Shown: positions 1 through 8,570 of the stretch, one piece after another | Numbering within the stretch: the stretch's first letter is position 1 | Layout: each line of letters starts with the position of its first letter | IMG/VR virus record: IMGVR_UViG_3300031473_000002 | Location: 1-41,322 of that record | Length of the DNA stretch: 41,322 bases | From: a virus | Lineage: Duplodnaviria; Caudoviricetes | Direction: 5' to 3' (one strand) | Notes under the pieces: model-generated | Databases searched by the model: none | What the model saw: only the letters and a program-made list of their open reading frames with translations | Told to the model about the DNA's origin: nothing | Made by a program: the position numbers and the translations under genes

Positions 1-134
1 GGTGCAAGGGCGGTGGCTTCGGCCTCGACCTGGGCATCGGCGGCCGCGAGAGCCGCGAGGGCGGCGGCGCGGGCTTCCTGGGCACTCATTGGGATCCTTC
101 CAGCGGTGGGACGGGGGGGGGGGGGGTTACAGGC
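1..134. repeat. Terminal overlap, copy 1 (circular assembly)
   Basis: Identical to 41187-41322 except that the G run is 14 nt here and 16 nt at the end. Confidence 0.95.
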
Positions 135-1026
135 CGGTCAGCCGGAACGCTGCAAGGGGGTCGGTGATGACGGGCACGGTGACCCTAGCCGCCATGATGA
201 GCCACCGCTCTTGGTCCGGCTGGTCGACGGTGCGTGAGTAGAGGGGGAGCTCGTCGCGGATCGACCCGAGGACACCGCGGGCGAGGACGTACGCCGACCC
301 GGCGGGTACCCGGTTGGACACGAGCCACCGGAAGCCGAGGAGACCGTTGAGGGCGGCGCCTCCGGCGAGGACCGGGTTGCCGGCGGTGGACTCCCTGGGG
401 AGGGAGTCGCGGATGTCTTTGCGGGCCATCAGTCGGAGCCGCTGTAGCGGGTTGACGAGGACCGTGTCGGCCATGTAGCCGAGGTCGGCGTCGTCGATGG
501 CTGAGCGAGCCGCTTCGAGGTCGGAGATGGGGTCGCCGGTGGTGGTGTTGTTCCATGCGGCCGCACCGGGGGCGACGGGAACTGACGGGTCGGCGTTGAG
601 TGCGGCCACCGCGACGGTGTCGACCTTGCGGATGACGGTGTTGCGGAGCTTGGTGAGTTGCCGGGCGAGGACGTCACGCTGGTCGCGGCGGACCGCTTCG
701 TAGGTGATGATCGACGCGCCGCCCCACTTGGTGACAGCGGCCACCAACGGCACCGTCTCGCCGGTGTCGACGATGGGGAACTCCGACCCGGGCTCGATGG
801 GTTGGACGTCGCGGGTGGTGAACAGGTCACCGGCGAGGACCCGGTCGTAGACGACGGCGCCGCCGGCGGCGTCTCCGCCGGTGTAGATGAAGTCGGCGAT
901 GAAACGTTGACGGGTGAGGTCAACGACGGCTCGCTGTACCCGGGTGGGGGTGCGGAGGAACGCTTCGACCGTGATGCGACCGGCCGAGATGGTCGGCGGC
1001 GACGGCGGGTAGGTTACGCCGGGCAT
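127..1026 (-). CDS. Major capsid protein (HK97 fold, actinophage type)
   Basis: 299 aa; 'IEPGSEFPIV..KWGG..ITYEAVRR' and 'DTVLVNP..LLGFRWLVSNRVP' capsid-like motifs; follows protease and decoration genes. Confidence 0.88.
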   Translation of the reverse strand: MPGVTYPPSPPTISAGRITVEAFLRTPTRVQRAVVDLTRQRFIADFIYTGGDAAGGAVVYDRVLAGDLFTTRDVQPIEPGSEFPIVDTGETVPLVAAVTKWGGASIITYEAVRRDQRDVLARQLTKLRNTVIRKVDTVAVAALNADPSVPVAPGAAAWNNTTTGDPISDLEAARSAIDDADLGYMADTVLVNPLQRLRLMARKDIRDSLPRESTAGNPVLAGGAALNGLLGFRWLVSNRVPAGSAYVLARGVLGSIRDELPLYSRTVDQPDQERWLIMAARVTVPVITDPLAAFRLTGL

Positions 1027-1063
1027 TTGGTGGCTCCTCAGTCAGTCGGGTCGAGTGCGTGGG

Positions 1064-1453
1064 TTATCGGGACAGTTTGACGGGACAGTCGACGCCGACG
1101 GCGGCGTCGTCGAACGCGGTGCCGAGCGGCGGGTTGGCACCGGCGGCGACGGCGAGGCCAGTGGCGTCGGAGCCGACGGGGGCACCCGCGGCGACAGCGG
1201 CCGCGCCGACGGTCACCGGCATCACTTGGTGGCCGAAGTAGACCGTCACCTTCGCGCCCACGGCGGCGTCATACGCGGCGACCCCCACCCGGGATGGTGC
1301 GGCGGCGGCGGCGGCGGCGTGGGTGACCGTCGGGTTGCCGTCGATGCGGGGCCCGGAGATGCCGACGAACCGCTTGCCGGTGATGGCAGCGCCAGCGTGG
1401 CAGGTGATGGTGTCGGCCTCATCCCAATACGGGACGGCGGGGTTGGTCGCCAT
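1064..1453 (-). CDS. Capsid decoration/cement protein (DUF2190-like)
   Basis: 129 aa, Ala/Gly-rich, 'GVAAYDAAVGAKVTV..VGSDATGLAV'; lies between scaffold and capsid genes. Confidence 0.75.
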   Translation of the reverse strand: MATNPAVPYWDEADTITCHAGAAITGKRFVGISGPRIDGNPTVTHAAAAAAAPSRVGVAAYDAAVGAKVTVYFGHQVMPVTVGAAAVAAGAPVGSDATGLAVAAGANPPLGTAFDDAAVGVDCPVKLSR

Positions 1454-1465
1454 TGTCGGATGCTC

Positions 1466-2791
1466 CTAGCTGGTCGGTGGGGTGTAGATGTCGAGGCCGA
1501 GGGAGTCTTGGAACTCGTCGAAGGCTTTGTCGTCGGGGGTGGCGTCGGGGGCTGTGGGGTCGCCGAGGGCGGTGACCGCGTAGCGGGGTGCCAGGCCGGA
1601 GAGGAGGGTGGTGGTGCCTTCCTCATCCCGGTCGAGTTGGGCGCCGAACGCGGCACGTTCGGCTGGGGTGATGCGGCCGGTGCGGATGGCGTCGTCGAGG
1701 ATCCGGTTGCGGCGTTGCCCGGCGAGTTCGGTTGCGGCGTTGCGGCCGAGCTCGCCGTCGGCTTGGAGCTGGGCGAGGGTGTCCGCTGACAAGGTGACGA
1801 GTGTCCCCTCGGGGCCGGCAGGCGGCGCCGGTGTACCTGCCGGGGTATCGGCGGGCGGTGCTGCTGGGGTGCCTGTGGCGGGTCCGGTGGTGGCACCTTC
1901 ACCGGGAGGCGCCGTGCCCTTCGCGGGGTCGCCGGTGGTGCCGCCGTCTCCACCTTCACCGGTGCCGCCCTGGGTTCCGCCTTCGGCGCGGATGGCGGCG
2001 ATGGTGGCCTCGACGTCGACGTCGGCTTCCTTGCCGATCATCTCGCGGAGCTCGGCGTCGGTGAGGGTGCGTGGCATTGGGGGACCTCCGGTTGGCGGGT
2101 CAGGTTCGACGCGACCATCGTGGGTCGCGTCTTGTGTCGGTGGGGGGATGGTGGCCGTGTCGCGGGCACCGGCGGCGACGGCTATGGCGTCCACAACCTC
2201 CGGTGTCGCGCCGGCGGTCCGGGCTGCGGTGAGCATGGCGACGGCGACGGGATTGTCGTCGAGGCCGTCGACAAGCTCGACGACCGTTGCCCTCACTCGC
2301 TCCGGCAGGCCGCTGGTGGGGGGTTGGCCTTGGCTGTAGAGGGCGAGGACGTCGGCGAGACCCTTCACAGCCGGTGGGGACACACCGAGGAGGGCTAGAC
2401 CGGTGAGGACCGCGGCGTACCGTTTGCCGGCGGCGGTTTTGACGCCCCACGCAATCTCCACCGACCGGCGGCGGAACGCGACGGGGGCTACCTCGGCGAG
2501 CTTCGATGGCATCCCGACGATGTTGCCGAGGAGGGTGGGGACCTGTTTGCCGTCTTTGCGTTGCTCGACGACCCGGGTGGGTTGGACCCATCCGGCGGCG
2601 GGTTCCCCGTCGAAGCGGGGGTCGACGTGGCCGATGCGGACAGCGGGGGCGTCGAGGTCGGTGTCGGCGGCGGCGGTGAGCATCGCCTCAAGGTCGGCTC
2701 GGGTCACCACGGTCACACCGGTTGAGGCCGCCCAGGTGCCGGCGGAGACTAGCTCGACGTCCCTAATGGTCGACGTTGGTGCCTTCGGCAT
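1466..2791 (-). CDS. Capsid maturation protease/scaffold fusion (Mu gpI-like)
   Basis: 'VELVSAGTW..IGHVDPRFDGEPAAGW..RRSVE..LTGLALLG..PAVKGL' N-terminus and 'AIRTGRITPAE' scaffold C-terminus; start moved to ATG 2791. Confidence 0.82.
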   Translation of the reverse strand: MPKAPTSTIRDVELVSAGTWAASTGVTVVTRADLEAMLTAAADTDLDAPAVRIGHVDPRFDGEPAAGWVQPTRVVEQRKDGKQVPTLLGNIVGMPSKLAEVAPVAFRRRSVEIAWGVKTAAGKRYAAVLTGLALLGVSPPAVKGLADVLALYSQGQPPTSGLPERVRATVVELVDGLDDNPVAVAMLTAARTAGATPEVVDAIAVAAGARDTATIPPPTQDATHDGRVEPDPPTGGPPMPRTLTDAELREMIGKEADVDVEATIAAIRAEGGTQGGTGEGGDGGTTGDPAKGTAPPGEGATTGPATGTPAAPPADTPAGTPAPPAGPEGTLVTLSADTLAQLQADGELGRNAATELAGQRRNRILDDAIRTGRITPAERAAFGAQLDRDEEGTTTLLSGLAPRYAVTALGDPTAPDATPDDKAFDEFQDSLGLDIYTPPTS

Positions 2792-2798
2792 GGACGGC

Positions 2799-2831
2799 AC
2801 GCTAGGCGCGGCCGGAGGCGGTTGGGGGGAG
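2799..2831 (-). promoter_or_regulatory. Putative late promoter (leaderless) for the protease-capsid operon
   Basis: CTCCCCCCA-N18-TAGCGT-N7-ATG. Confidence 0.6.
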
Positions 2832-2886
2832 GGTGCGGGTGTCGCCTAGTGGCCGTCGACGCGGGTCATGGGCGCGTCGTGGGCGG

Positions 2887-3092
2887 TCACGGCTGCTCAC
2901 CGGCCTCACTTGGGCTGAACTGATCGGCCTCGGTACGGTCGAGAGCACGGCGCATCTCACACGCGACGCATTCGCAGCGCAGGCCGGGAGGGGTGGCCGT
3001 CGCCTCTGCCGCTGCCCGTACCTCGGCCCCATCCTGCTGCTATGCCACATGTGCATTTTGTGGTGCCAGGACGCCATGTCGTGGGCGGTCAC
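2887..3092 (-). pseudogene. Small hypothetical gene with probable frameshift near 3041
   Basis: Starts MTAHDMASWHHKMHMWH; an alternative frame continues QQDGAEVR..CECVACE..FSPSEAGEQP*, ending in a GTGA overlap and matching the C-terminus of 4067-4270. Confidence 0.45.
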
Positions 3093-3418
3093 CGGTCACC
3101 CCGCGTCAGGTAGTCGCGGAGCGCGGACTCCGGCACCTCCCGAGGAGGAGTTGTTCTCGGCACCTGAACTCGGGGGTCGATGGGGTGAACGACGCCGCAA
3201 CAGCAACGGGTAACTCCATCGTTAGGACCCGCCACGGTGCCGTAGGTGTTGCCGCAAGGCGCGACGCCCAAGGGAGGCAGTAGAGGCGATGCCAAGCAAG
3301 TCGAGCAGGTCACATCGAGGATGTTGCTGGTAGAGAACTGTGGCCGTGTACCGCAGGCGATCTTGAAGGCGTCAGTTACAAACCCAAAGTGCCACACAGC
3401 GGGCTGTGGGGCGGTCAC
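3089..3418 (-). CDS. Hypothetical Cys-rich protein
   Basis: 109 aa; GTGA-coupled at both ends; 'ACG..VTCSTC' and 'CCCG'. Confidence 0.6.
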   Translation of the reverse strand: MTAPQPAVWHFGFVTDAFKIACGTRPQFSTSNILDVTCSTCLASPLLPPLGVAPCGNTYGTVAGPNDGVTRCCCGVVHPIDPRVQVPRTTPPREVPESALRDYLTRGDR

Positions 3419-3909
3419 GGCTGGTCACCGGCCCGGATGCGGTCAGCGCGAGCGCGGAGCCAGAGACCTTGCCGAGCGGCGCTAGCAACAAGCCTGAACT
3501 CGGGATTGGCAATGTTTACGACGCTGTGGTCGACTGCCGTAGCCGCATCCATCAACGTCTGTACCGCGACCTGCCGGTCATGCTCGACCTGGCGCTCTCG
3601 GCCAATCTCCGCTGCGCGGTCCACGATGCGCTTCGCCGTCTCATCGGACACACGTGCGCGTGCCGCCTTGGCCTCCGGTGTGCCGAGCGAAGACCGCTCA
3701 ACCAGTTCCTCGATGGGGAGGTCGCGGTCACCCTGCGTCACGTAGCGGTCTTGCATGTACCTGTTGAGTGCGTCGGCGGGTATCCGCACCGAGGTCTCCA
3801 CCCGGAAGTGGGGCAGCTTCTCAGCGTTGACCAACCGATATACTGTCATTTTGGACACATTCAAGACAGCGGCGACTTCACGCACTGTGAGTAAATCGCT
3901 CCATGTCAC
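3415..3909 (-). CDS. Excisionase-family (MerR-like HTH_17) DNA-binding protein
   Basis: 'LLTVREVAAVLNVSKMTVYRLVNAEKLPHFRVETSVRI'; preceded in frame by a partial second HTH copy; true start uncertain. Confidence 0.75.
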   Translation of the reverse strand: MTWSDLLTVREVAAVLNVSKMTVYRLVNAEKLPHFRVETSVRIPADALNRYMQDRYVTQGDRDLPIEELVERSSLGTPEAKAARARVSDETAKRIVDRAAEIGRERQVEHDRQVAVQTLMDAATAVDHSVVNIANPEFRLVASAARQGLWLRARADRIRAGDQP

Positions 3910-4066
3910 GGTCATCTTCGACACACGTAGCCGGTCGGCGACCTCGGCGACAGTGAGGACGGTGGGTTGGGTGGGGGGCAGTTGAATCCCGCCGCGCTGA
4001 ATCCACTCCGAGTCGTTCGTAGAGGGACGAGGCCCTCCGCGCCCCAGGTGACTTTGCCGAAAGCGG

Positions 4067-4270
4067 TCACGCCTGGCCACCGGCCTCACTTGGGCTGAAC
4101 GCGTGGCGCTCATGGCCGTCAGGCAGCGCACACTGAGACGGCCCCCACGGTGTCGGCGAGACAAACTGGCACCGTGCGGTCATGGGCTGTATCTCGATCG
4201 CGCCGGGGTCGCAGCCACCGCAGCCCGACTCCATAACGCCGTGCCCGCAGGGAGCCAGCGGTTCGGTCAC
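4067..4270 (-). CDS. Hypothetical Cys/His-rich protein
   Basis: 67 aa, 'PCGHG..CGGC..CALPDGHERH'; GTGA-coupled. Confidence 0.6.
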   Translation of the reverse strand: MTEPLAPCGHGVMESGCGGCDPGAIEIQPMTARCQFVSPTPWGPSQCALPDGHERHAFSPSEAGGQA

Positions 4271-4608
4271 GTTGCGCCTCGGTAGGTGGCGATGGTGCGG
4301 GCGTGAGCCGACGGGATCGGGTTAGTAGTGAACCCGACCCGGACGATTAGCCTCGCTTTCCGGGCGGCGAGGAACGCCGCCCCGAGCATGTTCGGAACGG
4401 GCGGGTCGCCGGCGCGGTAGCGGACGTCGACAGCGGAGAACTCCGCCCCGGTGGCGGCAAGGTTGTGGACGACGTCGCGGGCGGCTTGGCGCCAAACGGA
4501 GTCAAGCGCGGCGGGGGTGCCTAGGCCAGCGGCGGCGACACCGGCGTCACGGCGGGCGCAGCCATCGAGGAGGTCATCGAAGGCGAGTTGGGTTGGGGCA
4601 GATGCCAC
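4267..4608 (-). CDS. Hypothetical protein, possible winged helix
   Basis: 113 aa, 'FSAVDVR..PNMLGAAFLAARKARLIVRVG'; resembles small actinophage proteins. Confidence 0.65.
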   Translation of the reverse strand: MASAPTQLAFDDLLDGCARRDAGVAAAGLGTPAALDSVWRQAARDVVHNLAATGAEFSAVDVRYRAGDPPVPNMLGAAFLAARKARLIVRVGFTTNPIPSAHARTIATYRGAT

Positions 4609-4620
4609 GGCTTGGGCGTC

Positions 4621-4929
4621 CTAACGGCTGGGGTGGGTGAGGGGGTAGACGACGGCGTCGATGATACGGGTGAGGGTGGCGTCAGTGTTGGGGGTGACAC
4701 CGTTGAGGCGGTCGAGGCGGCGGTCAGCTTGGAGGGCGGTGAGGACCCGCCCGGACAGGTCGAGGCCGTAGCGGGTGACGGCTTCGAGGACCCGGCTGGT
4801 GATGACGTGCCGGTCGTAGTCCGTGAGGGGTTGGCTGTTGCGGTTGCGGAGGTCGGTGAGGCGGGTAAGTGCCTGTTCAGCGCGGGCTTTGTCAGCGGGG
4901 GTGAACGCCGGCGGCAAGGGAGGGCTCAT
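4621..4929 (-). CDS. Hypothetical protein
   Basis: 102 aa, ATGA-coupled to the upstream gene, typical codon use. Confidence 0.6.
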   Translation of the reverse strand: MSPPLPPAFTPADKARAEQALTRLTDLRNRNSQPLTDYDRHVITSRVLEAVTRYGLDLSGRVLTALQADRRLDRLNGVTPNTDATLTRIIDAVVYPLTHPSR

Positions 4930-5252
4930 CGGACGATGACCAACTTGGCTGTGTCGGACAGGAGGAGGGGGAGCGCGGTCTCGGCGACCTCAGTGAGGGG
5001 CATCCCGAGGGGCTTGTAGAGGGCGAGCACGGTGCGCGGTCGGAGGGCGAACTTGACGAGCTCGTAGGCGACGAGGACGACGCCGGCGGCCTCGATGGCG
5101 GTGACCTCGGCGTCGAGGACCGGGTTGCCGGCGTAGGAGATGCGTCCACTGGCGGCGTTGGCGTGGACTATTTCCCCGAGCTCGACGGGGAGAACTCGGT
5201 CATGTAGAGGCCCACCGATGAACAGAGCCGGGTGTTTCGCGGCGCGGCTCAT
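4926..5252 (-). CDS. Hypothetical protein
   Basis: 108 aa, 'LFIGGPLHDRV' N-terminal motif; ATGA overlaps. Confidence 0.65.
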   Translation of the reverse strand: MSRAAKHPALFIGGPLHDRVLPVELGEIVHANAASGRISYAGNPVLDAEVTAIEAAGVVLVAYELVKFALRPRTVLALYKPLGMPLTEVAETALPLLLSDTAKLVIVR

Positions 5253-5443
5253 CGGTGGTGCCCGGCGGGGTTGGCGCGTAAGTCAATGACCGGCATGAGC
5301 TCCGGCAGAGACATCGTCGGGTAGATGGTGATGAGGTCATCGACGATGGCCTTGGCGTGGTCATGGGTGGAAGCACCGGCGGCTCGGGCGTACGCGATGA
5401 GGGCGATGTAGGGGCCGACGGCTTCGGGTTTGAGGTCAGGCAA
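5249..5443 (-). CDS. Hypothetical protein
   Basis: Strong RBS AAGGAGG before TTG 5443; 64 aa. Confidence 0.6.
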   Translation of the reverse strand: MPDLKPEAVGPYIALIAYARAAGASTHDHAKAIVDDLITIYPTMSLPELMPVIDLRANPAGHHR

Positions 5444-5966
5444 CGGTGTCCTCCTTAACGTGCGCCCACGCTTGCCCGGTAACAATGCGCTTGATCTGCG
5501 GGCGGCTGAGTTTGTACCGGCGCGCCAACGACCGCAACGACTCTCCGTCGTCATGGCTGGCACGTATGTCGCGGACATCGGCGGCGGTGATCTTCGCTTG
5601 ACCGTGAGCCTCACCACGAACGATCCTGTTGGGGGTGCGGTGGCTCCAATGCCGCTCGCCGGAAGGGAGGGACCGTGAGCCTCCCCAACGGTTGCGTTCG
5701 ACCATGTCGCGCATGTTGTCGGCCTGGGTGCCGGCGTAGAGGTCGGTCGGGTTGCAACAGGGCGGGTTGTCGCAATGGTGCAGGACGAGGAGCCCGTGAG
5801 GGATCGGACCCACGGTGAGGGTGTAGACGAGCCGGTGGGCGTACCACCGTTTGCCCTCCCACCGGACGTACCCGTAGCCGAGGGGATGCCGGGCACCTTG
5901 CCACTCCCAGCACCCTGACGGCGTGACGAGGATGCGGCTGAGGATGCTGCCCGGCAGTTGGTGCAC
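5436..5966 (-). CDS. HNH homing endonuclease (HNH_3 type) with C-terminal HTH
   Basis: 'SGCWEWQG..GYG..AHRLVY..VLHHCDNPPCCNPTDL..GTQADN'; start GTG 5966 sits 7 nt after TACTGT. Confidence 0.9.
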   Translation of the reverse strand: MHQLPGSILSRILVTPSGCWEWQGARHPLGYGYVRWEGKRWYAHRLVYTLTVGPIPHGLLVLHHCDNPPCCNPTDLYAGTQADNMRDMVERNRWGGSRSLPSGERHWSHRTPNRIVRGEAHGQAKITAADVRDIRASHDDGESLRSLARRYKLSRPQIKRIVTGQAWAHVKEDTVA

Positions 5967-5994
5967 AGGTGGCACAGTACCACCGTGCCGCGCT

Positions 5995-6948
5995 CTACAC
6001 AGCAGGGTCGCGGGGTTCGGCGGGTCGGGCGTCACGGCGGGTCGGCTCAGCCTCGGCCTCATGCACGGCCACAAGTGTCCCTCGACACCGGGGGCCACCT
6101 TGGCAGTCGACGTGCCCGCCCATGCCGGGGTAGTCGGAGAGCGCCTCGAGGAGGGTGCGATACTCACGGCCGTCAACGTGGCTGCAAGGTGTGCATGTGT
6201 TCCGGTCGAGCAGTTCCGACGCGTAGTAATAGGCGACGTCGGGGGGTGGGTGCGCCCGGAGCTGGGCGGTGCGCCCAGCGGAGTACGCCACATTCGCCGC
6301 CTGCCGCGCCAGGTCAGCGGCACCCACATCGGACACGGCCTGGGCTGCGGCGACGGCGCCGTCAACAACGGTGGCTGTGACCGGGGTGGTGGGGTCGGTG
6401 CGCGCCAAGTGGTCAGCGGCGGCGCCAAGCGCCCGACGTGGCAGTTCAGCGGCGGCACGGTAGACCGGTCCGGCGACAACATCAGCCACGTCCACATTCA
6501 CGACAGGGACGCGGGCGCCTTGCCGGTCAAACTCATCCACAAGCTCAGCGGCTGCTTCGGCGGCGAGTGCCTGCGCGTCAATAACGGCCTGGGCGGCGAG
6601 GGTGGCGACGAGGTCATCCAGGCCAGGCAGGGTCGGACCTGTCGCAGCGGCGTACCGGGCGAACACGGCGGCGGTCTCAGTGATCGTGCCGGGTGCGCCG
6701 AGGGCGCGCCGGATCAGTTCACCGATGCCGGTGAGGGCGTCCGTGTGGCGGCGGTGGATGAGCCCGGCGACCCGTTCGATGGCGTCGTCGATGTCAGCGA
6801 ACCGGGCCCGGGAGGCGACCTCGGCGGCGGTGGCGAGCCGCCTCGCCGACGCGGGGATGATACGGCGGCGGACCTGTTCGGTGTAGAGCTCAACCTCGAC
6901 GGCGGTGACCTCGACGGCGAGGAGCGCGACGCTACGTGCCGTCGGCAT
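5995..6948 (-). CDS. MuF-like minor head/morphogenesis protein
   Basis: Downstream of portal; 'YYASELLDRNTCTPCSHVDG..CQGGPRCRG' C-terminal motif. Confidence 0.78.
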   Translation of the reverse strand: MPTARSVALLAVEVTAVEVELYTEQVRRRIIPASARRLATAAEVASRARFADIDDAIERVAGLIHRRHTDALTGIGELIRRALGAPGTITETAAVFARYAAATGPTLPGLDDLVATLAAQAVIDAQALAAEAAAELVDEFDRQGARVPVVNVDVADVVAGPVYRAAAELPRRALGAAADHLARTDPTTPVTATVVDGAVAAAQAVSDVGAADLARQAANVAYSAGRTAQLRAHPPPDVAYYYASELLDRNTCTPCSHVDGREYRTLLEALSDYPGMGGHVDCQGGPRCRGTLVAVHEAEAEPTRRDARPAEPRDPAV

Positions 6949-8461
6949 TACGGCGCATAGCGGCCAGCGCGGCGGCGGCCGTCTCCAACCGCTCGGTCAG
7001 GGCCGCGGCGTAGGTGCCGTCGTCGCCGGCGCCAACGGGGTCGACTGTGACCCGGTCCGGGGCTGGGCCGTCGAAGCCGAGGATCTTGCGGCCTTCCTCC
7101 GGTGAGATGACGCCGGCGGTGATGAGGGCGGGGACACCGACCGATTGGACCCCGGCCTTGTCCGCCTCCGCTGTGGCGCCCTCGACGACCAACCTGGGGG
7201 GAAGCTGGTGGCGGCGCCGGATGTCGTCCTCGGTGGGCGGGTCAGGGGTGAGGAGCCCAGCTTCGGCGAGCGCCGCGAGGGCTTCCGCGGTGGGCTCCGC
7301 GTCGGCGTCGAGCCGGTCCGCGACGAGCAACGGGTAGGGCTCATCGGGGCCGTAGTTGTGCTCGACGTAGTCGCGGATGACGTGTTCGGTGGTGGTCTCT
7401 CCGACCTCCTCCGCCGTTGCGTCGCCGGCGCGGAGGAAGTAGTTGACGAACGTGTCACCAAGAGCCCGGGCGCCGTTGTCATGGCCGAGGTTGAGGAACA
7501 TGGCAAGCGCGGAGCGGCCTATCTCCTCATCGTGGTACTTGAGCAACGGGAGCTCATCGCGGAGGGTGCCGGTGACCCCGAGGAGGGTGAGGGTGTACCC
7601 GGCGGGCATCGCGGCGCCGGCTTCGTCGCCGGCTCGGACAGCTTTGGCTATCTCCAACGCCCGGGCCCGGGAGCCGTTCTCGGGGTAGGTGACGACGGGG
7701 ACGCCCATGCCGTTGCGTTCGACCACCATCGGGCCGAGGCGGCGTAGGTGGTCCTTGATGAGCCACGACGGGTAAGCGGTGCGGAGGATGCTGTTGCCGT
7801 ACCAATCGGCGCCTTCGCGGTCGTGGCAGTAGTAGACGAGACGGTCGACGGGGATGGGGACGCCGTGGGGGTGGTCACGGTCGCCGGGGCGGGGGGTTTG
7901 GATGATGCCAGCGAGGCCACCGTCAGCGGCGACTGTGACGTCTGTGAGGGTGCGGGGTGGCCGCGGGGAGAGCTTGTGGATGTGGGCGACGTAGCCGCCG
8001 GTCCCCGGTGGGGCGGCGACCCCGGGCAGGGGTGGGCCGACTTGGTAGCTCTGCTCGAACGGGTAGAAGCCGTAGACCAACGACAGCAGCGCCTCTCGGC
8101 AGTGTTGCCGCCACACGATGCCGTGCCGGCGGCGGCGGGCGCGGCCGGCGGGGGTGTTGAGCCCAAGCTCGGCGGAGACCGCGGTCATGACCTCGGGGCG
8201 TACGTCGTCGCCGGCCAGGTGCCATCGGGCGCCGAGGATGGCGAGGTTGATGGCGGATAGCACGGAGCCGACTTGGCCGTCGGTGCGCCGCATCCGGTCG
8301 TAGACGTAGGCGGAGAGGGGGAAGCGGAGGTCGGGGGTGTCCTCGGTGGAGTCGACCCCGAACGCGGCGGCGGCTTGCCGGTTCGAGGGGGATGTGAGGA
8401 TGGGGAAGCCGACGGTGCCGGGTGTGCCGAGTTCACCGGTGGGGGCGTCGGTCACGGGCAT
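6932..8461 (-). CDS. Portal protein (Mu gp29/DUF935-like)
   Basis: 'YDRMRRTDGQVGSVL', 'WYGNSILRTAYPSWLIK..ERNGMGVP'; real start ATG 8461. Confidence 0.88.
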   Translation of the reverse strand: MPVTDAPTGELGTPGTVGFPILTSPSNRQAAAAFGVDSTEDTPDLRFPLSAYVYDRMRRTDGQVGSVLSAINLAILGARWHLAGDDVRPEVMTAVSAELGLNTPAGRARRRRHGIVWRQHCREALLSLVYGFYPFEQSYQVGPPLPGVAAPPGTGGYVAHIHKLSPRPPRTLTDVTVAADGGLAGIIQTPRPGDRDHPHGVPIPVDRLVYYCHDREGADWYGNSILRTAYPSWLIKDHLRRLGPMVVERNGMGVPVVTYPENGSRARALEIAKAVRAGDEAGAAMPAGYTLTLLGVTGTLRDELPLLKYHDEEIGRSALAMFLNLGHDNGARALGDTFVNYFLRAGDATAEEVGETTTEHVIRDYVEHNYGPDEPYPLLVADRLDADAEPTAEALAALAEAGLLTPDPPTEDDIRRRHQLPPRLVVEGATAEADKAGVQSVGVPALITAGVISPEEGRKILGFDGPAPDRVTVDPVGAGDDGTYAAALTERLETAAAALAAMRRNADGT

Positions 8462-8468
8462 GGCGCTC

Positions 8469-8501
8469 AGGATAGGGCGACGCCGCCGGCCTCGGTGGGA
8501 G
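8469..8501 (-). promoter_or_regulatory. Putative late promoter (leaderless) for the portal gene
   Basis: CTCCCACCG-N18-TATCCT-N7-ATG. Confidence 0.62.
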
Positions 8502-8570
8502 GGCGGCGGCGTCGCGGTCACCGAGCGGCGTCGGCCCGGTGGGCTCAGCGGATGAGCGCGTCTCGGACCT

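Noticed and set aside
1-134. End repeat as a biological direct terminal repeat
   Set aside because: It cuts through two genes and is best explained as circular assembly overlap; physical ends cannot be inferred
3415-3909. Integration module around the Xis-like gene
   Set aside because: No tyrosine or serine recombinase motifs in any ORF and no attP-like tRNA fragment seen
5967-6497. N-terminal extension making a 353-aa HNH
   Set aside because: Overlaps MuF in another frame and is low-complexity; the nuclease domain starts near 5966
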